DNA from: Lama guanicoe
Taxonomy: Eukaryota
Assembly (NCBI GenBank): GCA_013239625.1
Contig: MU055744.1
Location: forward strand, 836,355-900,354
DNA length: 64,000 nt
Direction: 5' to 3'
The notes under the pieces were generated by a model. That model made no database searches. It was not told where the DNA came from and worked only from the letters and a program-made list of their open reading frames with translations. Of the stretch, positions 25,152 through 37,480 are shown one piece after another. Numbering within the stretch: position 1 is the first letter of the stretch; each line of letters begins with the position of its first letter. Position numbers and translations under genes: made by a program.

Positions 25152-27525
25152 CCCCCCCCCACGCCGAAGCGCGCTTGGCCTGCGTGGCTGCCAGGACTGG
25201 GCCACTCAGGCCAGCGCAGCCCGCCCTTGCTCTCTGGGGGAGCCGCTGCCACGCAGCCCCCCGGGAGCCCCCTGAAGGAGCGCCCCGCGCCGGCTTTCTT
25301 ACCGCTCAAGGAGACCTTCAGAGTGTAGACAAGTGGCTGCCTGGGACGGGGTGGGAGGAAGTGTCTGTAAACAGGGGTGGCTGCCCCCCGTTCAGAAACG
25401 CCTGCCTTGCCTTTATTTACTCCCGCCTTCATTTTGGAGGGACGTTTGCTGCAGGTACCAGGACCTCTAAGTGTTCTGAAGTGGGCCGGGGCCAAAGGTC
25501 ACACTGGGCAGGCAGCCACCAGCGGTTTCCCCTGGAGCCTTAGTGAAGAAAGTTCTGGAACGAAGGTTTTGACCGCAGACGGTTCTGAGACCCGGGCACG
25601 TCGTCTCCTCTCTTGGAGCCCCTGGCCCGCCGCAGCTCGCTCCCCCCAGGACATCCCTGACACCTCTGCGGCCCCTCCAGTTCGCCCTCCTTGGGGCGTC
25701 GCCCCCGCTTTCCAGCCTGTTCCCTGCAGCGCACGTCCCATGGTGCTGGAAGTCGAACATCTCACTGCGTTCCTGGATTTGTCCACAGATAACGTGCATC
25801 CTTGCCGCCCGCGTGGCGCCCAGTTCCGGGCCCATACGGTCCAGCAGCTCTGTTCCCACGCGAGGCCGTGGAGATGCCTTGCAGAGTCTGCTGCCCAAAA
25901 GCAGGCTTCCCTGTGGGAGCCAGCAGGCGGCCCTGCACCCAGGTCCCTGCCGCTGTGGGGCCCCGAGGGCGTGGACCACTTTTGTCTCATCATGATCGCC
26001 ATGGTGTGCCCCACGCAGGCCCGACACGCCGCAGGGGCTCAGCGTTACCTTTTCGGAGCCATTCGGGTGTGGCTTCCACCTTCATCAGCTGGGAAGGCCC
26101 GTCTCCATCCCTCCCCGTTCCAATCCCAGATCTCCCTGGCCCTGAGTTTTGTTTTGTTTTCACATTTTCTTTAATTGTGGTAAAATGCACATAACATAAA
26201 ATTTACCATCTTAACCACTTTAAAGCATAAACTTCAAGAGCGTTTAGTAAATCCGCAGCGTGGCACAGCCGTCCCCGCCGTCGGGTTCCAGGACGTTTGG
26301 CCCGGAGTCCTCTGCACACGTTCGCACTGCGCAGCTTTGCTGTCCGTGCTGGGCGCAGCCTCAGAGCCTTGTGGAATGAGGCAAGATTTCCACTAAGAAA
26401 ATACCTGACTTGAGAGGTTGAAGTTTGGGCTCTTTCCAACCTGTAACACTCCTGAGAATTCGTGCTTGATAAGGATGACCGAGGGTTTCTGGGGAGCATC
26501 GGTCCAGTGGCCCAGCTCTCTCTGAGTTTTGGCAGCCGAGAACCTCTTTCCACAACACCACCGACTTGCAGCTCCCAGGCTCTGGGGCCCCTCACTGGCG
26601 GCCGTGGAGTCTCGGTTTCCCTGGGTTACACACAAAAGTTTGGCCCCCTTGGCTCTGTGTATGGACTCTGTGTAATACACGCTGACCCAGGCCAGAGGCA
26701 GCAGCCAGACCAGCATCCAGGAGACTCAGAGGGCTGCGCCGCCCCCCGCCTGCCCACCGCCCTGGCTGCGCCATCGGACACCCTGGAGGCCGGACAGCAG
26801 CGGCCCTTCTCCCTGTGCCCGACACCCAGGCCTCTGTCCTTCTGGCTTTGCTCCCCATCTAGGCATCTTTGCCGAACACTGAGTGGAGACATCTAAGTCA
26901 CCCTGGGTGCGTGTCGAGGCCAGGATTCCAGGACGGCCACTGTCCTCATGTGTGGCTCGAGGTTGCCAGCTGGTCTTGGGCTGTGGGTCTCTGCAGCTTG
27001 GCGGTGAGAGGTGGCGGGCGAGAGGCTCCGGCTCTGCCTTCTCCTGCAGCACGTCGGAACCCAGGCTGGCTCCCTGGAGGAGGAGGCTCCCTGGGAGAGG
27101 CGTGGGACCAGGAGGGGCCTTGGAGATGGAGATGGCTCCTGACCCTCTCACCAATAGCAGCGACTTGGTCACGTCACAGCTGCACACTGTCCAGCAGGAG
27201 TGCCCAGGAGGCAGAGGAGGAACCCCCAGCCCTCTCTCCCAGTCCCAGACCACGTCCAACCTCTCTCTGCCGAAGGCCCAGTGCGCCGGGGCATCAGCGA
27301 AGGCAGTGAGGCCACTCCGCAAGCAGCCGCACCAAGCGGGGCTGGAGGCCCTGAGGGCACGGGGCTGCGGGCCCGGGTGCTCCGGCAGAGCTGGGACAGG
27401 GCAGCCGCCCACCCCTCGACAGCACCTGGGGGCTTGGGACGGTGTGAGCCGGCCCCTCTCGTTCCCGGCATAGCAGGGGACCTGGCAAGGGTCTGTGGAG
27501 GGAATCTGCCAGTTTAAAAAGGCCC

Positions 27526-28140
27526 CGTAATGAAAAATATATTGCCTATCACATCAGTGAGCAAAGGGCGCTGCAGCCACCAGCCACCAGCCACGAACGC
27601 AGCCCCGAAGGTAAGCGGAGGGGACTCAGGATGGAGACAAGGCCCCCAGCCTCTGCAGCCGCCCCCAACGGCACGCCCAGAGGGGACCCGGGATGGAGAC
27701 AAGGCCCCCAGCCTCTGCAGCCGCCCCCAACGGCTCGCCCAGAGGGGACCCAGGATGGAGACAAGGCCCCCAGCCTCCACAGCCGCCCCAACGTTGCGCC
27801 CAGAGGGGACCTGGGATGGAAAAGGCAGGCCGCTGGCCTGGACAGCGCAGGTGCAGGTCAGAGGAGTGAGTTCCAGACTCTTGCACCTTCCCATATGCAG
27901 ACAAGCGCTAAGCTCCTTAACTGGAGATAGCTGGTTTTCTTTAATTAACAGTCATCTGCTCATGTTCTGACTCCCTGGTCTTTGTTGCAAAAACGCCTAT
28001 GTGTCCTGGCTCCTCCCCGGCCTCTTCAGAGCGGCCCCTCGCGGCCATCTGAGAGGCCCTGCCCAGACTTGAGTCCTCAGACAGTCCAGCGAATAAACCT
28101 ACCTCCCCTCGGAGGCTGTGCACTGTTTCCTGACGTGACA
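27526..28140 (+). mobile_element. ERV1 solo LTR (MER41-like, cetartiodactyl type) with internal tandem repeat
   Basis: Starts (c/t)gtaatgaaaaatatattgcc, AATAAA 28092-28097, ends gtgaca; resembles recalled artiodactyl MER41-like LTRs; no TSD recognised. Confidence 0.65.
27618..27820 (+). repeat. About 3.2 copies of a 62-bp unit (GGATGGAGACAAGGCCCCCAGCCTCTGCAGCCGCCCCCAACGGCWCGCCCAGAGGGGACCCR)
   Basis: 'atgga' recurs at 27631, 27693, 27755, 27816. Confidence 0.95.
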
Positions 28141-30859
28141 CGGGTGGGGCAAGAGGCGCTCTGACCGAAACCACTCCCCTTGCCCCCAGTGCAGCCTCTG
28201 CAGCTGAGACACGGGGGCCGGGGGAACGAGGACAATGACACCCGGGGACGCCCAGACCCGGACGCCCACGAGGCCCTTCGCTGCGGCCACACTGAGCTAC
28301 GCTGTTCTCTGCAGGAAGCCCTGCGGAGGGGCACGCGGGTCCCGGGAGAGGCCACGGACACTGGGCAGGAACGTCAGTAAAGGTGCTGCAGGTCAGGGGC
28401 GCGGGGCGGGTGGGAGGGAGGGAGGGCTTCCCAGGGAAGGGGCTGCCCAGGCCCGGGGGGCCCGGGAGGTGGGATACCTCCTGCCCCAGTGTCACATCCC
28501 CCGCAAGCCGGGCCACGGGACATCCCACGGACACCTCCCAGACCTGTTGCTCATCAGGGGACACCGTCACCCTCGGGGGCTCCGCCTTCCCGCCCTATCC
28601 TCCCCCAGCTCTTCAAATGTGGTCCCTAGGACATCTGTCGTCTCACCCGACCCTCTTAACAAGCCTCCAGGAACCTGTCACCCACCCCCTGCCCCCGGGC
28701 CTTGTAAGGAGAGGCGACTGCAGCTCAGAGAATGCTTGTTCCCAAGGCCACACAGAGCGGAGGGGGCACGTGTGAGGGCCCTCGTCCAGGGCTCCTTATC
28801 CTGAGCAGTAACAGCAGGTGGGCAGAGCCAGGCGCGTGGCTTTGGTGTCAGCTGGACGTCAGTTTCCGTCTCTGCTCTACACTGAGCCTCAGTTTCCTCA
28901 TCTGTAAAACGGGCGCAGGGACACTGGGAGGCCCTGGTGTGATGACCCGCTTTCCTGGGCTGACCCTGAGCCTGGCACGGGGTGGGCGGGTCACCAACTG
29001 TGAGCTCACAGCCCTGGAGTCGGGGCCCAAGTGGGAGATCCCAGGCCACTGGGCACCTCAGGCCTCCCGCCTGCCTGCAAGAAAGTGTGGCCCCACCTAA
29101 GCCCCTTGGCAGTCCCGCTGGCCCCACCCTGCCCTGCAGTCACGGCAGCAGGAGGGGACAAACCCCACACGGCTGGTCCTGGGCCTCAGCTCAGGGAGCC
29201 CAGCCGGCCTGTCCAGCCGACGGCCCGTCAGCGGCGTGAGCAACAGCAGGGCAGCTGGGGAAGCAGCCACCACCCCTCTTCCCGGCCCCACTCCCAGCCC
29301 AGGGGCAGCGTCCTAGCGCCTCAGCCCGCCAGGACGGTGCCCCTCTACACTCACTCCCCTGGCCCCGGCCTGGCCCCGGCCTGCCCGTCAGCTCTGCCCA
29401 GGGTTCAGCGGTCCAGGCCTCGGTCCCCACCAGGGCCTGGGCGGCCGGGGCCCCTCCTCAGCAGCAGGGGTTCCTGATCGAGCCGTCACGGCGGCCAGCC
29501 GCCAGCTCCCCCCAGGCCGAGCGCTCCGAGGACATCACCTTGGCCCAGGCAGCAGCTACGTAGAAACAGACAGCACCTCGTCCAGGCCAGGACCCGCCCC
29601 AGGAGGCACGTCCACTGGGTGGGCCCAGGGTGACCAGGCACAGCAGGACAGCAGCCCTGTCACGGTCCTCGGCCCCGAGTCTGACCTGCTCCCTGTAGGC
29701 CGGGCCTCGAGGCTGCGTGGGCACCGTGTGCCTTGTTCACGGGCACCTCCCAACTCGCAAGACGGCGCCAAGCACGTGGTCGGCGCTTGGCAAATGCCAG
29801 CCAGATGAATGAAAGGCCCCGGCTGTCCGCGTGGGGGGGGGGTCGGCGGCCCCTCCCTGCAGCCCCCCCCGGAAGACGGCTCCTCAGACGGCCCCATTCC
29901 CCTGGAGCAGAAGCAGGTGGGTGGGGGTCACAGCTAAAAGTGCTGATTCGCCTCCAGGTGACGAACATGTCCTGAAATCGAGAGTGGTGACGTCTGCACA
30001 CAGCTGTGACCACACTCGCGCCCCTGACCCCTTAGATGGGGGACCCGTGTGGCGTGTCCATTACATCTCCTGAAGCTGTTTAAATAATGACAAAAGAGCC
30101 CTTCCTGCCAGCCAGGGGCCGGGCCTGGACCCGGGAGCTCTGAGGACCCCCTCAGGAAGGCTCCAGCAGGCAGTGGGCGGGGAGACGCCTGTCTGACGCC
30201 CACCCCGGCTTAGATGGGCCCCCTGTCGTCAGGGGAGACTTCAGGGACCGAGCCTTCCTCTTGTTCTCATGGTCGTACTTGTTACCGCAGCGCTTGGTGG
30301 CGTCTTGTTTGGTCCTCAGAAGAACCTTAGACCAACGGTATACGGGGTCCCGTGTGACAGGGTGGGGGGCGCTGAATGCAGAGGGGCACACAGATGGCCA
30401 GGGCTCCGGGGTGACTCCAGACCGAATGCTGGCACGTGGTCTGGACACGGAGCACAGCTGCAGGCTGCTTTGAGGCTGTCAGAGTGTAATTTTCAGAAAA
30501 TTAAGAGCAAGGCTGTCATGCAAACGTAACACGAATCTGCACCCACAGTGCACTAGCCCAGCGACACGGGGACCAGAGAAGGGCAGCAGCCGGAGGGGAG
30601 GGACAGGCAAGCGAGAGGTGACTCGGGCCAGGGTCCTGCAGGCCAGAGGGCTGCGACCTCCGGGCGGCCTTCTGCCAGACGTGCCCCTGCAAGTCGACAC
30701 GGCTGACACAGCCCACGTTCCTCGTCAGCAGTGACAGCAAAGTCAGCACAGCACAGGCTCCAGACGAGAACGTCCCTCGCGGGGCCTCAAATAACACCCC
30801 AGGGTGTCTTAGAGGGGAAACTTCTTGTCTCCCTTATTTTCAAGTTTTAACTATTTTTC

Positions 30860-31260
30860 TTGACACTGAAAAAGATACAAATAAATGGAAAGGTGTTCCG
30901 TACTGCTGGGTTACAGGGATGAATGTCGTTAAAATGCCGCCACTACCCAACGCCCCCTGCAGACCCGGTGCAAGTCCAATGGCACCCTGCACAGGAAGAG
31001 AACGAGCCGTCTGCATTTGCATGGAACCAGACAGCAAAAGCAATCGTGAGAAAGAGCGAACCTGGAGGCACCACACGTCCTGAGTTTAAACTATGTTACT
31101 AACCTATAGTCATCCAAACAGTGTGGCGCTGGCAGAAAAACAGACACACAGACCAAGGCACCAGAACACAGAGCCCCAGATAAACCCACATACACACGTT
31201 CTGTTAGCTTACAACAAAGGAGCCAAGAACACACAGTAGAGAAAGGGTGGTCCTTTCGAC
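30860..31260 (+). mobile_element. L1M ORF2 fragment (left part, interrupted by Tigger1)
   Basis: 'aaagatacaaataaatggaaaggtgttccgtactgctgggtt...gttaaaatgccgccactacccaa', 'tagtcatccaaacagtgtggcgctggcagaaaaacagacacacagacca'. Confidence 0.85.
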
Positions 31261-32720
31261 CCGGCAGACCTCGTTCTATGGTGCCCCCCTCTATTGTGCT
31301 TTGTACCCCAATTGTTGCAAAGTAAAGGTTGTGGCAACCTCGCCTCGAGCGGGTCTGTCGGCGCCGTTGTCCCAACAGCGTCGGCTCACCCTGTGTCCCT
31401 GCATCACGTGTGGGTTATTCTCACAATATTTCAAATTTCTCGGTACCTCTGAGTCGGTTGCTACTGTCATTGTTCCGGGTGCCACGAACCTCGCCCGCGT
31501 AAGACGCGACCTTAACCCGTGAGCCTCGGGTGCGGTCGGACGGCTCCGCCGAGGGCCGCTCCCCGCCTCCCTCGCTCTCCCCGGGCCCCGCGGCCCCGAG
31601 ACTCGGCAGCGCGGGAGTCAGGCCCGCTGACAGCCCTGCGTGGCCTCCAGGTCCGCACGTGAGGGAGGAGTCTCCCACTCTCCATCCGCAGCTGGAAACG
31701 ATGACGCTTCGTGAGGAAGGCGCGTCGAAAGTCAAGGTCGGCCCAAAACTCGGCCTTCTGCACCAGTCAGCCCAGCTGTGCGGGCAAAGGGAAGGCCCTC
31801 GAAGGCAATCGAGCGCGCCGCTCCCGTGCACACACGAGTGATGAGAAGGGAACCGGCCCTGTTGCTGCCCCGGGGGAAGCCTGCGTGGTCTGCAGCGAAG
31901 ACCAGGCCGGCCTCACGCCCCCGTCGGCCAAGGCCGCGCCCGGAGCGGGGCCCCGGCCCCCTCCATCCTGCGGCGGCGGGAGGCCCCGGGGGCGCGTGAG
32001 GCCGGCGGAGGCCGGCGCCCGAGGCGGAAGGACAGACGCCGGCTCGCAGCCGCCAAGGCCGAGGTGACCGGCGAGTCATGCGCGAGGTGGGGCGCGGCCG
32101 TTCACGGGGGGCTACACTGAGCGCAGGCTTTCGGGGCGGACGGGGCCGCCGTCTGCCGGAAGGGGCCGCCGCCCGGGGCCTCGCCGTCCGGAGAGGAGCC
32201 AGTGCCCGGCTCCCGGCGCCACGGGCGGGTGGCCGTCCCGGCAGGGGCTCACGCAGCTGGCGACCGGGCTGGAGCCAGGGCCCGCCGGCCGTTCCCTGAC
32301 TCCCAGGCCCTTCAGGGGGCGCCGGGGCTGCTCTGCCCGTGCCCGCGGCCGGGCCGACGCCGGCTCCTGCCGCTGCGCGCCCGCTGCCGGGAAACAGCTT
32401 CCCTTCAAAGCGCCCCGGCCCTGGACGCACCTGGGCCCCCGGGCGCTCTGACGGGACGGACGGCGCCACGGACGCGGTTTCCCCGCTGACGGCGCCCGTC
32501 CTGCAGCCCGGCTCAGACGTCATTTCAAGTCTTATTACCCAAGAACTGTGTTCTGTACGAGTCCAGCTGCCTTACATAGTGGTTCCTCTGATGGGTCTGG
32601 GCAAAGTAAAGTGAAAGCCTTCTGGAAAGGACTCCGCCTTTGGGATGCCACGAAGTCCACATGATCACGGGAAGAGGCCAACACAGCAACATTCACAGGC
32701 ATTTGGAAGACGCTGATTCA
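31261..32720 (+). mobile_element. Tigger1 (TcMar) DNA transposon fossil with degraded transposase; centre converted to a CpG island
   Basis: 5' end 'ccggcagacctcgttctatgg' resembles Tigger1 CAGGCATACCTCGTTTTATTG. Translations TLHPQLETMTLREEGASKVKVGPKLGLLHQ, KAIERAAPVHTRVMRR and VVCSEDQ match recalled TPase TLNQKLEMIKLSEEGMSKAETGRKLGLLRQ, KEIKSATPVNTRMIRK and VVWIEDQ. 32520-32720 is close to consensus. Frameshifted; right end missing. Confidence 0.9.
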
Positions 32721-33410
32721 AGACAGCAACCCTGGCAACGGTTTCGGATGTGACACTAGAAGCAAAGGCAACAGAGGCACAAGTAAGCACGTAGAACTAC
32801 ATCAAACTGAGATCCTGAGCCCAGCAGACAAAGGGAACCCTCCACACGGCGGGGAGGCAGTCTGTGGGGCCGGCACGCGAGTTTGCACATCACATATCTG
32901 ATAAAGAGGTACGATCTGAGCTGTATGAAGAACCACACAACTCAGTAACAAAAAACAACAAATTGCTTTAAAAATGGGCCAAGGAATTGAATAGACGTTT
33001 TTCCAAAGACACGTGCAGGTGGCCAACAGGCATGCGACTCGGTGCTCAGCACCACTAGCCATTCAGAGGATGCGAATCGAACCACCGCGAGGCACCGCCA
33101 GCCCTGCGAGAACGGCCGTCACTGGAAGAAAAGAGGTAACCGGTGTCGGCGAGGACGTGGAGGGAAGGGAGCCCCTTTGCTGGTGGAATGTAAACGGGAG
33201 CAGCCACGATGGGAAATTGCACGACATTCCTAGAAAAGTTTAACACAGAGCTACCGTGTCACCCAGCAACCCCACCTCTGGTGTTTATCCGAGGAAGTGA
33301 ACCCCTACCTCAAAGCAGTGTCCGCAGCCCGCGTTCACTGCGGCGCTGATTGCCCAGACATGAGACGACCCAAGCGTCCGGGGTGGGCGGACGGCTAAGA
33401 AGACCGGGGA
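32721..33410 (+). mobile_element. L1M ORF2 3' fragment (right part)
   Basis: 'agaactacatcaaactgaga', 'catatctgataaagagg', 'aaaaatgggccaaggaattgaatagacgtttttccaaaga', 'gctggtggaatgtaaacgggagcagccac'. Confidence 0.85.
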
Positions 33411-35001
33411 TGCGGGAGAACCCCCTTGTTTACATCTCTGGTAAAAGGACAGGGTAGATTAATGGGGCAGTCTCTCACCGAGGAACAAAAGTGCTTAAAA
33501 AAATTTAAAGCAAAGACATAGCAAGGTCATGGGAATAAGGAGGCCACGGTTGACGGGAGTGGAGCCTGCACGCAGCGCTCTTAATCAAAAGTTTGTAGGA
33601 AAACCAAGTGGACCTTGGGCGTCAACATCTCATGCAGGACACAGAGACACCCGCCCAGCCCCGCTCATCGGGGTGGCCCCCAGGAGGCAAGTGAACCAGA
33701 AGCAGACCCACCAACAGCCCCCCAGGGTCACCGGGGAGCCGCCTCGGGGCGGAGCGCGGGGCTGGGGCTGGCGGTGGGGCTGTCCCTGGGAGCTGGGACC
33801 GCCGTGCAGACCCACACCTCCCAGTGACTCAAAGGAGCCTCATCAGGGAACTTAGATCAAAGTGACCCTGGCTCTGTGCTGGAGGACCCAGAGGGACCAG
33901 GGGCAGACCCTCCTCTCGGAAGTTCACCTTCATCCACGACCTCAAAGGAATTCCACAAATTATTTACTAACAACAAGCAGTCTCGGTAGAAGTGCAGAAG
34001 GAACAAAACGCCAAGATTGAGGGACAGGAGAGGAAACAGATCCACCAACTTCAGATACTGGAAAAGTCTGACGTGTTCTGAAACAGCCATGTCTCTGTCA
34101 AGCTTAAAGAAATGAGAGCCAGATGGAAAATCCACTGGGAACTATTACAAAGGAACAGATAGCGTAAAACCAAATAGAAAGCTGGCCATGAAGAAGACGG
34201 TAATTAAAATTACTTATTGAATTTCTGTTTCCATAGAAAATTCAATTCAACTGAAGGAGCTTTACTGTGAAAATACAGAGCCAATGTGCACGCCGCACAA
34301 GACCCGACACGCTAGCGCAGGCCAGGCCAGAGGCGGTGCAGGCCCCACCACGCAGGGACAGGCATGGCCCGAAGGGACAGAACGGCCCAAAAAGCCAGGG
34401 AAGCCTGGGCAGGGCTAACAGAAAGGCCTGTGTCCCTGGGCTCGTCTTAGTGAAGCTGCAGAGAGAAGGAGGACAGGTGACCCCTGAACAGCACAGGTTT
34501 GAGCTGAGCGGGTCCACTTACACACAGGTTTTTTTCAATAAATATATCGGGAAAGTTTCTTCGGATATTTGCAATAATATGAGAAAACTTGCAGACAAAG
34601 TATATTGCCTGGAAATATCAAAAAATATTAAGAAAAAGTTACGCACGTCACGAACACATCGAGTGCGAGCAGATACCTGTCTGTCCTCGCACGGCTGGCA
34701 TCGTCCCTCGGCGGCCGGTGCCGGGCGCAGCGCGCTGTGTCCCGCGGGCGGTGGCCGCCGGCCCTGGCGGGCAGCTCGCCTCGTCGGCGGGCGCACAGCC
34801 CGGGACTCCGAACGTATCTCCTCTTCCTGACAACTGCCCTAACGTTTTCTGCTCTCTGGCTTGCTTTATTGTAAAACTACCAATAAAACACGCAAAACAC
34901 GTGTCATGAACCGTTCACGTTGTCAGCACGGTCCGGTCAGCGCTGGGTTATGAGCGGTTCAGATCTGAGGGAGTCAGAAGCTCCCCGTGCATTTTCGGCA
35001 G
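32846..35001 (+). repeat. 2,156-bp tandem duplication, copy 1
   Basis: Sequence and ORF track repeat with a constant offset of 2156 (e.g. ORFs 33013/35169, 34267/36423). Confidence 0.97.
34474..35001 (+). mobile_element. Tigger2a/MER28-like non-autonomous TcMar element, copy 1 (right TIR cut off by the duplication junction)
   Basis: 'caggtgacccctgaacagcacaggtttgagctgagcgggtccacttacaca' resembles Tigger2 CAGTTGACCCTTGAACAACACGGGTTTGAACTGCGCGGGTCCACTTATAC. Confidence 0.85.
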
Positions 35002-37157
35002 ACGGCGGGGAGGCAGTCTGTGGGGCCGGCACGCGAGTTTGCACATCACATATCTGATAAAGAGGTACGATCTGAGCTGTATGAAGAACCACACAACTCA
35101 GTAACAAAAAACAACAAATTGCTTTAAAAATGGGCCAAGGAATTGAATAGACGTTTTTCCAAAGACACGTGCAGGTGGCCAACAGGCATGCGACTCGGTG
35201 CTCAGCACCACTAGCCATTCAGAGGATGCGAATCGAACCACCGCGAGGCACCGCCAGCCCTGCGAGAACGGCCGTCACTGGAAGAAAAGAGGTAACCGGT
35301 GTCGGCGAGGACGTGGAGGGAAGGGAGCCCCTTTGCTGGTGGAATGTAAACGGGAGCAGCCACGATGGGAAATTGCACGACATTCCTAGAAAAGTTTAAC
35401 ACAGAGCTACCGTGTCACCCAGCAACCCCACCTCTGGTGTTTATCCGAGGAAGTGAACCCCTACCTCAAAGCAGTGTCCGCAGCCCGCGTTCACTGCGGC
35501 GCTGATTGCCCAGACATGAGACGACCCAAGCGTCCGGGGTGGGCGGACGGCTAAGAAGACCGGGGATGCGGGAGAACCCCCTTGTTTACATCTCTGGTAA
35601 AAGGACAGGGTAGATTAATGGGGCAGTCTCTCACCGAGGAACAAAAGTGCTTAAAAAAATTTAAAGCAAAGACATAGCAAGGTCATGGGAATAAGGAGGC
35701 CACGGTTGACGGGAGTGGAGCCTGCACGCAGCGCTCTTAATCAAAAGTTTGTAGGAAAACCAAGTGGACCTTGGGCGTCAACATCTCATGCAGGACACAG
35801 AGACGCCCGCCCAGCCCCGCTCATCGGGGTGGCCCCCAGGAGGCAAGTGAACCAGAAGCAGACCCACCAACAGCCCCCCAGGGTCACCGGGGAGCCGCCT
35901 CGGGGCGGAGCGCGGGGCTGGGGCTGGCGGTGGGGCTGTCCCTGGGAGCTGGGACCGCCGTGCAGACCCACACCTCCCAGTGACTCAAAGGAGCCTCATC
36001 AGGGAACTTAGATCAAAGTGACCCTGGCTCTGTGCTGGAGGACCCAGAGGGACCAGGGGCAGACCCTCCTCTCGGAAGTTCACCTTCATCCACGACCTCA
36101 AAGGAATTCCACAAATTATTTACTAACAACAAGCAGTCTCGGTAGAAGTGCAGAAGGAACAAAACGCCAAGATTGAGGGACAGGAGAGGAAACAGATCCA
36201 CCAACTTCAGATACTGGAAAAGTCTGACGTGTTCTGAAACAGCCATGTCTCTGTCAAGCTTAAAGAAATGAGAGCCAGATGGAAAATCCACTGGGAACTA
36301 TTACAAAGGAACAGATAGCGTAAAACCAAATAGAAAGCTGGCCATGAAGAAGACGGTAATTAAAATTACTTATTGAATTTCTGTTTCCATAGAAAATTCA
36401 ATTCAACTGAAGGAGCTTTACTGTGAAAATACAGAGCCAATGTGCACGCCGCACAAGACCCGACACGCTAGCGCAGGCCAGGCCAGAGGCGGTGCAGGCC
36501 CCACCACGCAGGGACAGGCATGGCCCGAAGGGACAGAACGGCCCAAAAAGCCAGGGAAGCCTGGGCAGGGCTAACAGAAAGGCCTGTGTCCCTGGGCTCG
36601 TCTTAGTGAAGCTGCAGAGAGAAGGAGGACAGGTGACCCCTGAACAGCACAGGTTTGAGCTGAGCGGGTCCACTTACACACAGGTTTTTTTCAATAAATA
36701 TATCGGGAAAGTTTCTTCGGATATTTGCAATAATATGAGAAAACTTGCAGACAAAGTATATTGCCTGGAAATATCAAAAAATATTAAGAAAAAGTTACGC
36801 ACGTCACGAACACATCGAGTGCGAGCAGATACCTGTCTGTCCTCGCACGAGTGGCATCGTCCCTCGGCGGCCGGTGCCGGGCGCAGCGCGCTGTGTCCCG
36901 CGGGCGGTGGCCGCCGGCCCTGGCGGGCAGCTCGCCTCGTCGGCGGGCGCACAGCCCGGGACTCCGAACGTATCTCCTCTTCCTGACAACTGCCCTAACG
37001 TTTTCTGCTCTCTGGCTTGCTTTATTGTAAAACTACCAATAAAACACGCAAAACACGTGTCATGAACCGTTCACGTTGTCAGCACGGTCCGGTCAGCGCT
37101 GGGTTATGAGCGGTTCAGATCTGAGGGAGTCAGAAGCTCCCCGTGCATTTTCGGCAG
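35002..37157 (+). repeat. 2,156-bp tandem duplication, copy 2
   Basis: Only differences noticed: 33649 A vs 35805 G, and 34694-34695 GC vs 36850-36851 AG. Confidence 0.97.
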
Positions 37158-37184
37158 CGCGGGGGTCGGTTTAAGGGTCATCTG
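36630..37184 (+). mobile_element. Tigger2a/MER28-like element, copy 2 (both TIRs present)
   Basis: Left TIR caggtgacccctgaac pairs with right gtttaagggtcatctg (13/16 complementary). Confidence 0.85.
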
Positions 37185-37480
37185 CGTTGGAAAACAGCTG
37201 TGGAAGGAGACATCACCCTCTGAAGAGTCACACTGACGCTGGCTTGCGGAAGGCGGAGCGAAGACCAAACCAGAAGCCCGTGAAAGGCCGTCTTCAACGA
37301 GCTGAAAGAAAATGCCCGGCCAGCAGGCTCCCCAGGACTGGGGGCAAAATAAAGCCGTTTCAGGACAGTGAAGCCTGAGAGAATTCAACAGCAACGGACT
37401 GTCCCTGCTGGGAGCCCGAGGCCGAATTCCAGGCATCTCCTCGCGTGATTCCAGGCAGAAGGCCTGCGTGCAGGGGGAGC
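37185..37480 (+). mobile_element. Old L1 ORF1 3' part (host of the Tigger2a insertion)
   Basis: 'cgtcttcaacgagctgaaagaaaat', 'ggcaaaataaagccgtttcaggacagtgaagcctgagagaattc' resemble L1M ORF1; the 5' part lies around 36096-36620. Confidence 0.6.

Larger units (their letters stand above)
24060..26100 (-). mobile_element. Old L1 (L1ME-like) 5'/ORF1 fragments, antisense, partly GC-shifted
   Basis: T/C-rich antisense L1 text, e.g. 'gcctttatttactcccgccttcattttggagggacgtttgctgcaggtaccaggacctcta'; boundaries uncertain. Confidence 0.5.

Noticed and set aside
27618-27820. CRISPR-like array (also 2221-2381)
   Set aside because: Contiguous tandem repeats without unique spacers, in a mammalian genome
31530-32614. 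Possible domesticated TIGD1-like gene within a CpG island
   Set aside because: Transposase homology is split across several frames with deletions and heavy Pro/Gly/Ala/Arg replacement, so it is a fossil and not a gene
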